Notes: a model not told the origin generated them from the letters alone. A DNA stretch of 64,000 bases from Candidatus Dadabacteria bacterium (GCA_963805855.1 CAWDVW010000005.1:224001-288000); one strand, 5' to 3'. Positions 52,201-61,035 are shown, numbered from the stretch's first letter. Made by a program: numbers and translations.

Positions 52201-52823
52201 ATCAACCCATTGATACCGATTTCGTTATCCAAGAATATTACAGTGCCCTTTAAATCTATATTTCTCTGATCTCGTAATTCGTAATCTCTCAGTCTGGAAT
52301 CTAATTTACTTATATAAAGCTTTACCCCCTCTGAAACTTCAATTTCGGCCATATTTAACAATATTCTGTGTATAGCAATTGGAATAACCATCTCCTCTTC
52401 TTCACCTAACCTTTTTTGTCGGATTTCAGCGCTGAGCTTCTTAAGTTTGTCGAGCCCCACTTTGGGTAATGATAGATCTGCGTCATTAATCACTATTTCT
52501 TCGATTACCAGTTTACGCTCGATTAGTGATGATGTTACATCTGGTTTAATTATTAATTCACCAATCCTGATTGGATAAGCATTAAGATCCCTTGAGTCAA
52601 AAATCTCTATTTCCTCGAATTCGAGACCGGCTAAAAAACCAAATGCAATGTCACTGATTCTGACTTCATACCCCTTCTCTTTGGAAATATCTATGACCAA
52701 ACGTTGAACCTTTTTGGCTAGGTAGATCTTTGAAAATAAAAAGACGGAGATGAGCAAAAGTGAAAAGACAATCGCAATTGAAGCTAGTACATATTTTAAG
52801 ATACCTTTCCGGAGAGCCGGCAT
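49299..52823 (-). CDS. Large AsmA-like/YdbH-like intermembrane beta-groove protein
   Basis: N-terminal TM anchor, long beta-rich body with LFGGRLGG and LFDGRI; co-transcribed with YdbL-like gene. Confidence 0.6.
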   Translation of the reverse strand: MPALRKGILKYVLASIAIVFSLLLISVFLFSKIYLAKKVQRLVIDISKEKGYEVRISDIAFGFLAGLEFEEIEIFDSRDLNAYPIRIGELIIKPDVTSSLIERKLVIEEIVINDADLSLPKVGLDKLKKLSAEIRQKRLGEEEEMVIPIAIHRILLNMAEIEVSEGVKLYISKLDSRLRDYELRDQRNIDLKGTVIFLDNEIGINGLIKASSNETNGKLNVNISDFNLGLLSKVLEDQQNLSLDADLNFRIAETIGSSGRIQLANGKESANTRSLLSSELLYDVTYDKIADRLLINSFDFEVGKLLLARFDGSVDRITTGGVFNINGSASTARLEDVITLFRGFSHVIASGKVEAQDLKLTGSLEKDDVTFSGKAVLSGVDFDDKERDIRVNQLGGALGFKKIVSRRVSSGLSIQGKLNSMNVWTKIGLLEGLNGELDFKTNGTWNSSELSFSLNDLKLETGLGDKLEISNLKTRDPINMRFNNTLDKSLSESETQLGRDKISLMSRGVAFNDASYKGFKIERGSIDDISVLYQTNQNLSIELTAYGSKIRNMDDSMYLDSVQANLASDENGGFGFKGRVSLKDGRYGDFKFPSVTSDYGFEHDELKLINLEASLEGLGELKANETTIIFGGKGDRFSGKIRFSQGSFSGPKYGVESIGMGGEFIFYNGANKKNGWGGEIFADEVNLKSQTIKEMSVKLDSSSDGIRVHDLEGSLFGGRLGGSLLLNTTKPLSSISSSVIIKDANIPYESNVFFLERMVLDFTGTLDQGLIPQGRGELRIENLRIRDNGKASNIGSSLKFQMIGETLLLKTGFIENGDGQKIEFTGRMENSLNEQRVLEINSNRIPLPVVMSILSPFLPESVKESELRGDVMLDMVFDHVLQKDLSWSGKMSIANTSFSGVIAGVPTSVSGINGVLTFDEYSESRNILASLLREHRELDKEVFKRFLSLLNDTDNYGKNDFLTIDGIKYGFLSLDDIKCLFNITGLKLNLNQCASDLFDGRIYVAGSFDYGVKKDRYDLSVLFKDISLEDISNRVNSIKDYITGRINGLVWLNGNGEELETIDGLFEFWSIKSKKESRRLGKAFLEKLGAKSRFFVGSSRRYDSGEISGYIKDGVLTFSEFNISNSVLGYRNLSIQVDPRRNTISLAHLLSVIREISKRAGEGHLQIDLENKRN

Positions 52824-52952
52824 ACTTCGGATATTATATTAGTAATAGCTTGAATTAAAAGGAGGCTTAAAAAAATCAGAAAACGAAACTAAGAGGCGTT
52901 CGGTTCATAACTGGTTGAGAACAAATGATATTAATTAAGCTTAATAATTCAC

Positions 52953-53777
52953 CTATCTCCAAGATACATATCCTTTGTCTTTAATATGGTCGTAATAGGC
53001 TAAAACCTTTTCAACATATGCCTCAGTTTCAGGATACGGCGGAATGTCGTATCCATATCTTATTACTGCGTCCTTCCCGGCATTGTAAGCAGAAAGCGCA
53101 AGCTCCAAGTCTCCCTCGAAATATTCGATTAAGTCTCTCAGATGCCTGACTCCTCCATCGATGTTGTCTTCCGGATCAAAAGGGTCATCTACCCCGTATA
53201 TACTTGCAGTCTCAGGAATGAGCTGCATCATGCCCATCGCCTTTTTTGGCGAAACAGCTTGCGGATTGAAATTCGACTCTACCTTTATGACTGCTTTAAC
53301 TAGGTAAGGATCCACGCCATATCTTTTACTTGCACTCAATATTGCATTTTCAAACTCAGACTGAAAATTATCATAGTTAATACCTTCTCTAAGTTTTATA
53401 ACATGTCCATGCATTTCATCGATTATATCAAACCTTGCAAGTGGCGACGGAATCTTGATAGTTCTCTCGGATGGAATGTTATCGCATTCAAGCGTTTCAT
53501 ATCTCAAATTACCCTTGAGAATTACCATACAGCTTGATACCCCCGTGATAGTTGCATACTCGCCATTAGCCAGAGGAATCGCGTCACCCTGAGAATAAGT
53601 CTTGAGCTTGCCAGTAAAATGGTTTTTAATTATCGCCCTTGAAGTCGAGCCTCCGTTACCAATAGTGCCAAGAAGAATTAATTGATCTTGTTCAGAACAC
53701 TGTGAATAGATCGGATAGAGAAGGAAGGCACATAAGACTATGACAGAAGCTACACGAGAACTTCTCATTTGCGACAT
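52953..53777 (-). CDS. Lytic transglycosylase (SLT) with N-terminal GspC-like beta domain
   Basis: AVIKVESNFNP, GMMQLIP, AYNAG, PPYPETEAYV; N-terminal LLGTI...AIIK...YSQGDAI. Confidence 0.85.
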   Translation of the reverse strand: MSQMRSSRVASVIVLCAFLLYPIYSQCSEQDQLILLGTIGNGGSTSRAIIKNHFTGKLKTYSQGDAIPLANGEYATITGVSSCMVILKGNLRYETLECDNIPSERTIKIPSPLARFDIIDEMHGHVIKLREGINYDNFQSEFENAILSASKRYGVDPYLVKAVIKVESNFNPQAVSPKKAMGMMQLIPETASIYGVDDPFDPEDNIDGGVRHLRDLIEYFEGDLELALSAYNAGKDAVIRYGYDIPPYPETEAYVEKVLAYYDHIKDKGYVSWR

Positions 53778-53848
53778 ATACTATCAAAGATAAACAACAA
53801 ATACAATACAAAACTTCTATGAACGAAAATTAGACGCCATTAGCCCAG

Positions 53849-54445
53849 CTATTGAGTTTCGAACCAGATCGCCACCCATCCGCTTTCACGATAGTCGTTA
53901 TTTACCCTGAAGCCTGCTTTTGTATAAGCAGTTACGAGTGCTTCCTCCTTCACCTCATAGATTCCAGACACAAGGAGAATGCCATCCTCCGTTAACATGG
54001 ACTTGAACCAATCTACCAAAGCTAAAAGATCATCCGTAACAATATTGGCTATAATTAATTCGAATCTCCCTCGAACATCCTCTTTGGATCCATACTGTAC
54101 GCGACCTATAGAATTTAGTTTGTTCTTCTCAAAATTCACCTCCGCCTCTTTTACGGCCGCCGGATCGATATCCACAGCCAAAACACCTTCGGCTCCGAGC
54201 GATGCAGCGCAGATCCCCAGTACTCCGCTTCCACAACCAAAATCCAAGACTGTTTTTACGATCCGTTTTTTGAATATCTCTTCAAGGCCCGTTATGCAGA
54301 GCCTGGTTGTTGGATGTTCGGCACCAAAGGAGCTTCCTGGAGAGATCTCTATAACTTTCTTTTCACCATCCGGGGTTTTCAACCCAATCCTCGATTCGGT
54401 CAATCGGAATTCAACATAGGGCTTATATGATCTCATCGATTGCAT
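53849..54445 (-). CDS. PrmA-like SAM-dependent methyltransferase (short form)
   Basis: PGSSFG.EHPTT, VLDFGCGSGVL, DIDPAAV, IIANI, LVSGI; lacks most of the N-terminal domain. Confidence 0.75.
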   Translation of the reverse strand: MQSMRSYKPYVEFRLTESRIGLKTPDGEKKVIEISPGSSFGAEHPTTRLCITGLEEIFKKRIVKTVLDFGCGSGVLGICAASLGAEGVLAVDIDPAAVKEAEVNFEKNKLNSIGRVQYGSKEDVRGRFELIIANIVTDDLLALVDWFKSMLTEDGILLVSGIYEVKEEALVTAYTKAGFRVNNDYRESGWVAIWFETQ

Positions 54446-54550
54446 CTAAACATCTTTTTCTCGGAAGGTCAAGCCACTTATCAACGCGGTGGAAGATCTG
54501 GTCCTCCATAAATTGTAATCCAGGGCCTCTGACCGGTTCCATCCACATTT

Positions 54551-54601
54551 GTAGGGAACGCATATCCTTCGCCCAGACTCAGGACAGGCATGCGTTCCTA
54601 C
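54551..54601. repeat. GTAG-type REP
   Basis: GTAGGGAACGCAT...ATGCGTTCCTAC palindrome. Confidence 0.65.
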
Positions 54602-54677
54602 TAGCATGTTGACGGTGCCTCTTTCGTTTAATTCTCACCTCCGAATGCCTCTCTCGTGAGTCGAATGCGGGTCCTGT

Positions 54678-55050
54678 TGTAACTGTCTCGTAAATCGAGG
54701 ACAAAATTCTAAAAATAATAAATTTCCTAGAAATTTGCTCATGCGTCATCCTCGAATGTTCCCCGCCAGCGACATGCGGGGACGAGGTTAATCGGGGATC
54801 CATAGTATAATTTTTTTTCTTTGTCTTGATACAAAGAAACAAAAATCAAGGGCTTACAAAAAACGCTTGCGTATCGAGCGAATGCGAGATATCTATTGCT
54901 ATAATTAATTAGTTCTCTCAGTCACTATGCTCCTTCGAGATTACAGTAATGATTGTCACTTTTCTTAACGCTTCCGGAATTGATTTTGGCAATTTTTTGA
55001 ATGCCCACTTAAGATCTAAGAAACTGTCCCCGAATTATGTAACATCTACA
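54678..55050 (+). mobile_element. MITE copy C
   Basis: Interior colinear with copy A; right TIR TGTCCCCGAATTATGTAACATCTACA; divergent left end TGTAACTGTCTCGTAAATCGAGGACA; followed by REP TTGCGAGC...AGCGAAGCAATCT. Confidence 0.7.
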
Positions 55051-55228
55051 ATTTGCGAGCACTTTGACTGGCCTGTACTGAGTGAAATCGAAGTACTCAG
55101 TGCTGGCTTTAGCGAAGCAATCTACTCCATTCCCCACTTTATTGGATCGCGCCATATCATCAACCGAGTTGAAATTGACCAAAATACTAGTATCATTTGG
55201 TCAATTCTGCATCAAAACAGGAAGGATT

Positions 55229-56485
55229 ATGTACGAACTATTCAAGTCCCCGGCTTATGATAACGCACTAAAACAATTTGACAGGGCATGCGATAAACTG
55301 GATTTGGAGGATCCAATCATACAAAGATTCCGACTACCACAACGAACATTGGTAGTGAGCTGTCCAGTCAGAATGGATGATGGAGGCATAAAGGTCTTTA
55401 GCGGGTATCGAGTTCAACACAACCTCACACTAGGACCGTGCAAGGGCGGTGTCCGCTATCATCCTGACGTAGATATGGGGGAGGTAGCTGCTCTTGCAAT
55501 GAGTATGACTTGGAAATGCGGCATAGCTGAACTTCCTTTCGGAGGGGCCAAAGGAGGTGTAGCCGTTGATCCAACTAAGCTTTCATCTGCGGAGCTTGAA
55601 CGGCTTACAAGAAGGTACACTGCCGAGATACTCCCTATAATTGGCCCAAACAAAGACATACCCGCGCCGGATATGGGGACTAATCCTCAAATAATGGCAT
55701 GGATGATGGACACGTATAGCATGACTGAGGGATATACCTCCCCCGCAGTAGTCACCGGAAAACCGGTAATTATCGGAGGTACACACGGCCGGGAAGAAGC
55801 CACGGGCTTTGGCGTTGCTTACATGACAGAGGATGCGTTAAAGCATTTTGATAAAAAACGCTCCGGCATGCGAGCCGCGGTACAGGGATTCGGCAATGTA
55901 GGATCTCACACTGCCTTGAAGTTATCAAGATTAGGTTATAAGATCGTCGCGGCGAGCGATTTATTTGGGGGAGTTTACAACCCCTCGGGCCTTCCGGTTG
56001 AAAAAATTCTTAAGATTGTTGCGAGTGGAGGAAGGGTACAGGATTTACCGGATTCCGATAAAATTACAAACGAAGAGCTACTAACCGCGGATTGCGACAT
56101 CCTGATTCCTGCCGCGATAGGTAGAGTAATCACCGAAGATAACGCCTCGAGGTTAAGATGCGAGATTCTCATAGAGGCAGCCAACGGGCCTACAACAGCC
56201 GAAGCCGACGATATTCTGGAGGAAAGAGGAATTACCGTTGTACCCGATGTCATTGCCAATGCCGGCGGGTTAATTGTGTCATATTTTGAGTGGGTACAGG
56301 GACTGCAAGAATACTACTGGTCTAGTGAACTCGTTTATTCAGAGCTTAAGAAGCGAATGCGTAGAATATTTGACAAAATATCGACCTATTCGGAAGAGAA
56401 AAAGGTTTCTCCTAGAATGGCGGCTCTTATGATTGGCATAGAACAGATAGCCACTGCGAGGAAATTCAGGGGATTATACCCGTAG
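55229..56485 (+). CDS. gdhA: Glutamate dehydrogenase (Glu/Leu/Phe/Val family)
   Basis: GPCKGGVRYH, FGGAKGG, DIPAPD, VQGFGNVG, EAANGP, VSYFEWVQ; probable start MYELF at 55229. Confidence 0.9.
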   Translation: MYELFKSPAYDNALKQFDRACDKLDLEDPIIQRFRLPQRTLVVSCPVRMDDGGIKVFSGYRVQHNLTLGPCKGGVRYHPDVDMGEVAALAMSMTWKCGIAELPFGGAKGGVAVDPTKLSSAELERLTRRYTAEILPIIGPNKDIPAPDMGTNPQIMAWMMDTYSMTEGYTSPAVVTGKPVIIGGTHGREEATGFGVAYMTEDALKHFDKKRSGMRAAVQGFGNVGSHTALKLSRLGYKIVAASDLFGGVYNPSGLPVEKILKIVASGGRVQDLPDSDKITNEELLTADCDILIPAAIGRVITEDNASRLRCEILIEAANGPTTAEADDILEERGITVVPDVIANAGGLIVSYFEWVQGLQEYYWSSELVYSELKKRMRRIFDKISTYSEEKKVSPRMAALMIGIEQIATARKFRGLYP

Positions 56486-56535
56486 ACCCCGCTTTGTTTG
56501 TAAACGCTGGAAAGTATCTGTAATATAAACCGTCT

Positions 56536-57336
56536 ATGAGCAAAATCATACCGAGAGCGCTCACGATCGCGGGATCGGATTCAGGCGGGGGAGCCGGAAT
56601 TCAGGCAGATCTTAAAACATTTACTGCACTTAAAGTTTACGGGTTGTCGGTTATCACTTCTATCACGGCTCAAAATACACAGTCTGTCATTGGTATAATT
56701 GACACATCTCCCGATTTTGTAGAACTCCAGATTGACGCTGTTATGGGCGATATAGGAGTTGACGCTGTGAAAACCGGCATGCTATCAAATGAACGTATAG
56801 TCTTGGCAGTTGCAAAAAAAATTAAACAATATGGAATTGAAAAACTGGTTGTAGATCCGGTTATGAGGGCAAAAAGCGGAGATTCACTGTTAAAAAAAGA
56901 GGCAGAGGTCGCGTTAAAAGATGAGTTACTCCCTCTTGCATATATAGTTACGCCTAATATACCCGAGGCCGAACTGCTCTCTGGTATAAGAATTAAATCG
57001 CTAGAAGACATGAAACAGGCAGCGAAAAAAATAAAGGCTCTGGGTCCGAAAAATGTGCTCGTAAAAGGGGGACACCTTGATTCGATTGAGGAAGCAATCG
57101 ACGTTTTATTCGACGGTAATGACTTTCATAAGTATCGAGCACCAAGGATCAACACAAAAAACACCCATGGCACAGGCTGCACCTATTCGGCGGCAATCTG
57201 CGCCGGACTTGCAATGGGTTTTCACGTATTAGATGCTGTTGAAGACGCGAAGGAGTACGTTACACAGGCGATAAGAAATTCCTTCAACTTGGGTAAGGGC
57301 CACGGCCCGTTAAATCATTTTTGGAAATCTCAATAA
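56536..57336 (+). CDS. thiD: Hydroxymethylpyrimidine/phosphomethylpyrimidine kinase
   Basis: TIAGSDSGGGAGIQADLK, VKTGML, TPNIPEA, HGTGCT, GHGP. Confidence 0.95.
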   Translation: MSKIIPRALTIAGSDSGGGAGIQADLKTFTALKVYGLSVITSITAQNTQSVIGIIDTSPDFVELQIDAVMGDIGVDAVKTGMLSNERIVLAVAKKIKQYGIEKLVVDPVMRAKSGDSLLKKEAEVALKDELLPLAYIVTPNIPEAELLSGIRIKSLEDMKQAAKKIKALGPKNVLVKGGHLDSIEEAIDVLFDGNDFHKYRAPRINTKNTHGTGCTYSAAICAGLAMGFHVLDAVEDAKEYVTQAIRNSFNLGKGHGPLNHFWKSQ

Positions 57337-57340
57337 CCAG

Positions 57341-57453
57341 GATGCAGGATGCACGGATACAGGATACATGATGCATGATGCACAATGAAGGAGGTTTAAA
57401 GAGCGTTTCTATTGTGTTCTTTATCCTGTATCTTGAATCGTGCATCATGTATC
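57341..57453. repeat. GATRCAN heptamer array with inverted array
   Basis: gatgcag gatgcac gatacag gatacat gatgcat gatgcac ... ctgtatc ttgaatc gtgcatc atgtatc. Confidence 0.7.
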
Positions 57454-57518
57454 CCCGTGATTTTTATACCTGGTCACCCATGGTTAATTAAACATCACGA
57501 AGGAGGTAATAATTTGCT

Positions 57519-58379
57519 ATGTCGGAAATTATTGACGGCAAAAAAGTATCCCAGCATATTAGAGAAGAAGTGGCTAGAGAAGTAGAAATACTTAAAAACG
57601 AAACTGGAACAACTCCAGGACTTGCGGCAGTACTGGTTGGCGATAATCCGGCATCCGAAATTTACGTGAGAAACAAGAGAAAGGCCTGTGAGCAGGTAGG
57701 CATATATTCCGAAGAGTATAAATTATCAAAAGAAACAACCCAGAACGAGTTGTTATCTCTGATTGACAAATTAAACAATGATAAAAAGATTCATGGAATA
57801 CTTGTCCAGCTCCCACTACCGGAGCAAATAGAGAGTACAAAGATTCTCAGATCGGTTTCTCCCTCAAAAGATGTCGATGGTTTTCATCCGGAAAATGTGG
57901 GACTGCTCGTTGAAGGAAATCCAAGATTCATATCCTGTACACCAAACGGAATAATGAAGATGCTTGACTTTTACAATATTGAAATCAAGGGAAAAGAGGC
58001 AGTGGTGGTAGGAAGAAGTAACATTGTTGGAAAACCTACAGCGATACTTTTGCTGCATCGGCATGCTACAGTAACAATCTGTCATTCTAGAACGACTCGA
58101 CTCGATGAAGTCGTACGCAGAGCTGACATTCTTGTTGCAGCAATAGGACGGCCTAATTTCATCACCGAAGACATGGTTAAGGAGGGAGCCGTCGTCATCG
58201 ATGTTGGTATAAATCGTAACAAAGATGGAAAACTTATCGGTGATGTTGATTTTGAAAAGGTGAAGGGAAAAGCATCATATATAACCCCGGTCCCGGGCGG
58301 AGTTGGTCCTATGACAATCGCCATGCTGCTGTGGAACACACTTGAATCCGCAAAAATGCGCGTGGGAGAAGCAAGATGA
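57519..58379 (+). CDS. folD: Methylenetetrahydrofolate dehydrogenase/cyclohydrolase
   Basis: [42 protein letters not shown]. Confidence 0.96.
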   Translation: MSEIIDGKKVSQHIREEVAREVEILKNETGTTPGLAAVLVGDNPASEIYVRNKRKACEQVGIYSEEYKLSKETTQNELLSLIDKLNNDKKIHGILVQLPLPEQIESTKILRSVSPSKDVDGFHPENVGLLVEGNPRFISCTPNGIMKMLDFYNIEIKGKEAVVVGRSNIVGKPTAILLLHRHATVTICHSRTTRLDEVVRRADILVAAIGRPNFITEDMVKEGAVVIDVGINRNKDGKLIGDVDFEKVKGKASYITPVPGGVGPMTIAMLLWNTLESAKMRVGEAR

Positions 58380-58432
58380 CGAAGTCAACGGGTCAAGGCA
58401 TGAAGGGGTAAGTCCCCACCTTTTCTTCCTAA

Positions 58433-58556
58433 CTTCTTTGTCTTGATACTGAAACGAGTTCAGCATGACTGACGATGAAATTCGTCCTCTTAACACAATT
58501 TTTTGAATGCCCTTTTAAGACCTAAAGGACTGTCCACAAAATATCTAACATACACA
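58433..58556 (+). mobile_element. Degenerate MITE copy D (one end only)
   Basis: TTCTTTGTCTTGATAC, AATTTTTTGAATGCCC and TIR TGTCCACAAAATATCTAACATACACA, followed by GCAATGAC. Confidence 0.6.
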
Positions 58557-58684
58557 GCAATGACGGCCGTATCGTTGACCCGGATTATACTTGTACTCAA
58601 AAGCTTTGATTGGGTACTCTCGCCTAAGGCGAAGCCGAAAAACCCGCCGCTGGTTTTTACTGAGCTGATGTAGAAAATTAATCC

Positions 58685-58882
58685 TGTGGATAACTTTTAT
58701 AGGTATCTAAGTGAAGTTGCCCACAATATCTCGATTGAACAATCACAACATCATCCTAACGTGCTGTGTTCATTGAACGTTAAACCTATATTTTGCATAA
58801 AATAGCATGTTGAGAAGTTCTTGAAAAGTTTGTTTAAACACTGTGCACAGACTGTGGATTATTGTGGAATTATTGTGGAAAA
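58685..58882. other. DnaA-box cluster, candidate replication origin
   Basis: TGTGGATAA 58685, TTGCCCACA 58717, and a ~11-bp-phased run including TGTGCACAG 58842, TGTGGATTA 58853, TGTGGAATT 58863, TGTGGAAAA 58874. Confidence 0.5.
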
Positions 58883-59362
58883 GTCGCCGACCTTGTTAAC
58901 TCTCTTCGTTTCCTCCAAGTCGTGCAAAAGTTTGGAAACGGAAACCTTTAAGATCGGGTGAATAAAATCTGGGGCGATCTCCTGTAGCGGCTCCAGAACG
59001 AACCTCCTGAGATGCACCCTTGGATGGGGTATGATCAAATCTTCACCCTGAATTACCACATCATCATAAAAAATAAGATCGAGGTCGATAGTCCTCGGAC
59101 CACCTGCATCCACCCGCTTCCGCCCGAGCTTATTCTCGATATCAAGGAGGTTGGACAAAAGTTCGTAAGGGCCCAGTCCTGTCTCGATCTCTACCACGCA
59201 ATTGATAAAATCAGGTTGATCAATTACCCCAACTGGCTCGGTCTCATAAACTGAAGAAAGTGATTTAATGACCGCGAACTTTGTAATCGCCGTAATAGCC
59301 TTATTACAATAGTCAATTCTATCACCCTGATTTGATCCTATAGCGATATAGGCATTAGCCAT
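58859..59362 (-). CDS. folK: 2-amino-4-hydroxy-6-hydroxymethyldihydropteridine diphosphokinase
   Basis: IAIGSNQGD, YETEP, PRTIDLDL, IPHPR..R.FVL.PL. Confidence 0.95.
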   Translation of the reverse strand: MANAYIAIGSNQGDRIDYCNKAITAITKFAVIKSLSSVYETEPVGVIDQPDFINCVVEIETGLGPYELLSNLLDIENKLGRKRVDAGGPRTIDLDLIFYDDVVIQGEDLIIPHPRVHLRRFVLEPLQEIAPDFIHPILKVSVSKLLHDLEETKRVNKVGDFSTIIPQ

Positions 59363-59436
59363 TTTTTGTCAATAAAATTATAACATTTTGACTATACGAC
59401 TGCTTCTATATATTTTATACAATAAAGGAGGGGAAA

Positions 59437-59712
59437 ATGGGTCTATTGAGCGAAAGCGAAATTCGGGAAGGTTTACGTACCTCAGAGGGTTGGCAGTTAA
59501 AAGGAAACGAAATAACTAAAACATATACTCATAAAGATTTCATCGATTCCATATCATTTGTAAGCAGGGTCGCAATACTTGCCGAGAAGGCAAACCACCA
59601 TCCAGATATTCTAATCCAATATAACAAGGTAACGCTTACGTTATCCACTCATAGCGAGGGCGGTCTCACAGAAAACGACTTTAACCTGGCAAGGAAAATT
59701 GATCGGGTTTAG
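59437..59712 (+). CDS. phhB: Pterin-4-alpha-carbinolamine dehydratase
   Basis: AEKANHHPD, STHSEGGLTENDF. Confidence 0.9.
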   Translation: MGLLSESEIREGLRTSEGWQLKGNEITKTYTHKDFIDSISFVSRVAILAEKANHHPDILIQYNKVTLTLSTHSEGGLTENDFNLARKIDRV

Positions 59713-59739
59713 CCCAAGTGATAGCGATTGTCCACCGCC

Positions 59740-60100
59740 TCGTGTCATTCCCAAATGCCGTTATTGGGAATCCATGTTCTTGTCCGTGGACCCCCGATTA
59801 AAGTCCTCGGGGATGACACAAGAGAAGTCCCCGTACGCGGGTTAGAAAACCCCGCCTATCTTTATTGATGAGGACACTTATTATGGATAGTCGGGACATT
59901 CCTGTCCCGATAGGTTTCCAAGTCATCGATCCTATGGACAGCCTTACCCTGAGTCGATCAAAGGGACTCGCGATCTGCACGAATTGGACTAAGTAGTCCA
60001 AGAAAGTTAGGAAGGGAGGAGATTCCGTCGGGATAAACCTCCTCGCAAGCCCAGACCGGGAGCAAGCCTGGATTCCCGCTTACAGTCCGCGGGAATGACA
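59740..60100. repeat. Mosaic of REP-like palindromes
   Basis: GTCATTCCC..GGGAATCC, CCCCGA..TCGGGGATGAC, GCGGG..CCCGCC, TCGGGACA..TGTCCCGA, GGATTCCCGC..GCGGGAATGAC. Confidence 0.65.
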
Positions 60101-60177
60101 CGAATGGATGGATTCTCGTTAATGGGTTTGGTAATGTCACGCCTTGTCGAATGGACTCGTGACCTAACCAGGAATAA

Positions 60178-60447
60178 TCAATTCTTTTTGTCAATAACCT
60201 TGTACTCGTCTTGTCTTAATATAATCGTTCGACCGTCATCTTCTACCCGCTTTTGCTTAGGCTTGTACGGTTTCAAAAACAAACGGGCAAGCAAAGCTCC
60301 TGATGCAATTAATAGAATAAATGTACCTATTAATATCCCAAAAAAGATAGCAAGCATGAGTAATAGCAAACCCATTATCAAAAAACCCGGTATGGAGTAA
60401 AAGGGAAGTCTCTTATTGTAAGAAAAAATTCGGTTATTAAAATTCAC
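60178..60447 (-). CDS. Small membrane protein
   Basis: Long hydrophobic segment followed by a DDGRTIIL..DEYKVI tail. Confidence 0.6.
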   Translation of the reverse strand: MNFNNRIFSYNKRLPFYSIPGFLIMGLLLLMLAIFFGILIGTFILLIASGALLARLFLKPYKPKQKRVEDDGRTIILRQDEYKVIDKKN

Positions 60448-60646
60448 TTATTTTCTCCCGGACATATTCTTTTACCTATTATAGTGAAGATAACTAATGA
60501 ATAATGATTCTTCAAGTTGAATTGCCGACACTCACTACTTTGTGCGAGAAATTCCTCGACAAAGTACCTATCATTTGATGAATAATTCATTCTCCTCAGT
60601 TCTTTTCGGAATGAAAAAAAATTAAACGGCCTCCCAAAAATTACCG

Positions 60647-60962
60647 CCTGTGCCGAACCATGTCCTGACGATAGGTCACGATCTATTCAGTATTAAGATA
60701 ATCAGGAACGAAGACGTTAAAATCCCCTCTAACTCCCCTTTATAAAAGGGGAGGATGGACTGGCAGCATCTATTCTTAGAAGCTTTGCCAGAAGTAATTT
60801 CCTCCTTTCGTAAAGGAGGATTAAGGAGGATTTTGGACAGCCTTGTCCTGACTAGTGAGCACTTCGACGTAGCTCAGCACAAGCCTGTCGAACTATCGAA
60901 GGGGTGTTTCTTTGTACCTGTGCTGAACCATGCCCTGATGAGAGGTCAGGATCTATTCAGTA
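60647..60962. repeat. Imperfect 46-bp direct repeats enclosing CCCCT..AGGGG palindromes
   Basis: CCTGTGCYGAACCATGYCCTGAYGAKAGGTCASGATCTATTCAGTA at 60647-60692 and 60917-60962. Confidence 0.65.
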
Positions 60963-61035
60963 GCAAGACAAAGAAGTTAAACCGCGTCCAGCAATTAGAT
61001 TTTTCAAACCTTTAGGCTAAATGGGGATCTACCGA

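Noticed and set aside
55082-55228. N-terminal extensions in the ORF track for gdhA (also the metal-binding protein, trpE and VOC)
   Set aside because: The extensions run through repeats, intergenic DNA or neighbouring genes; downstream ATGs match the family N-termini better.
56486-56535. TPP riboswitch before thiD
   Set aside because: The spacer is only 50 bp and lacks the CTGAGA core.
60647-60962. Possible CRISPR array (46-bp direct repeats)
   Set aside because: Only two imperfect copies 270 bp apart, no regular spacers and no cas genes in the window.
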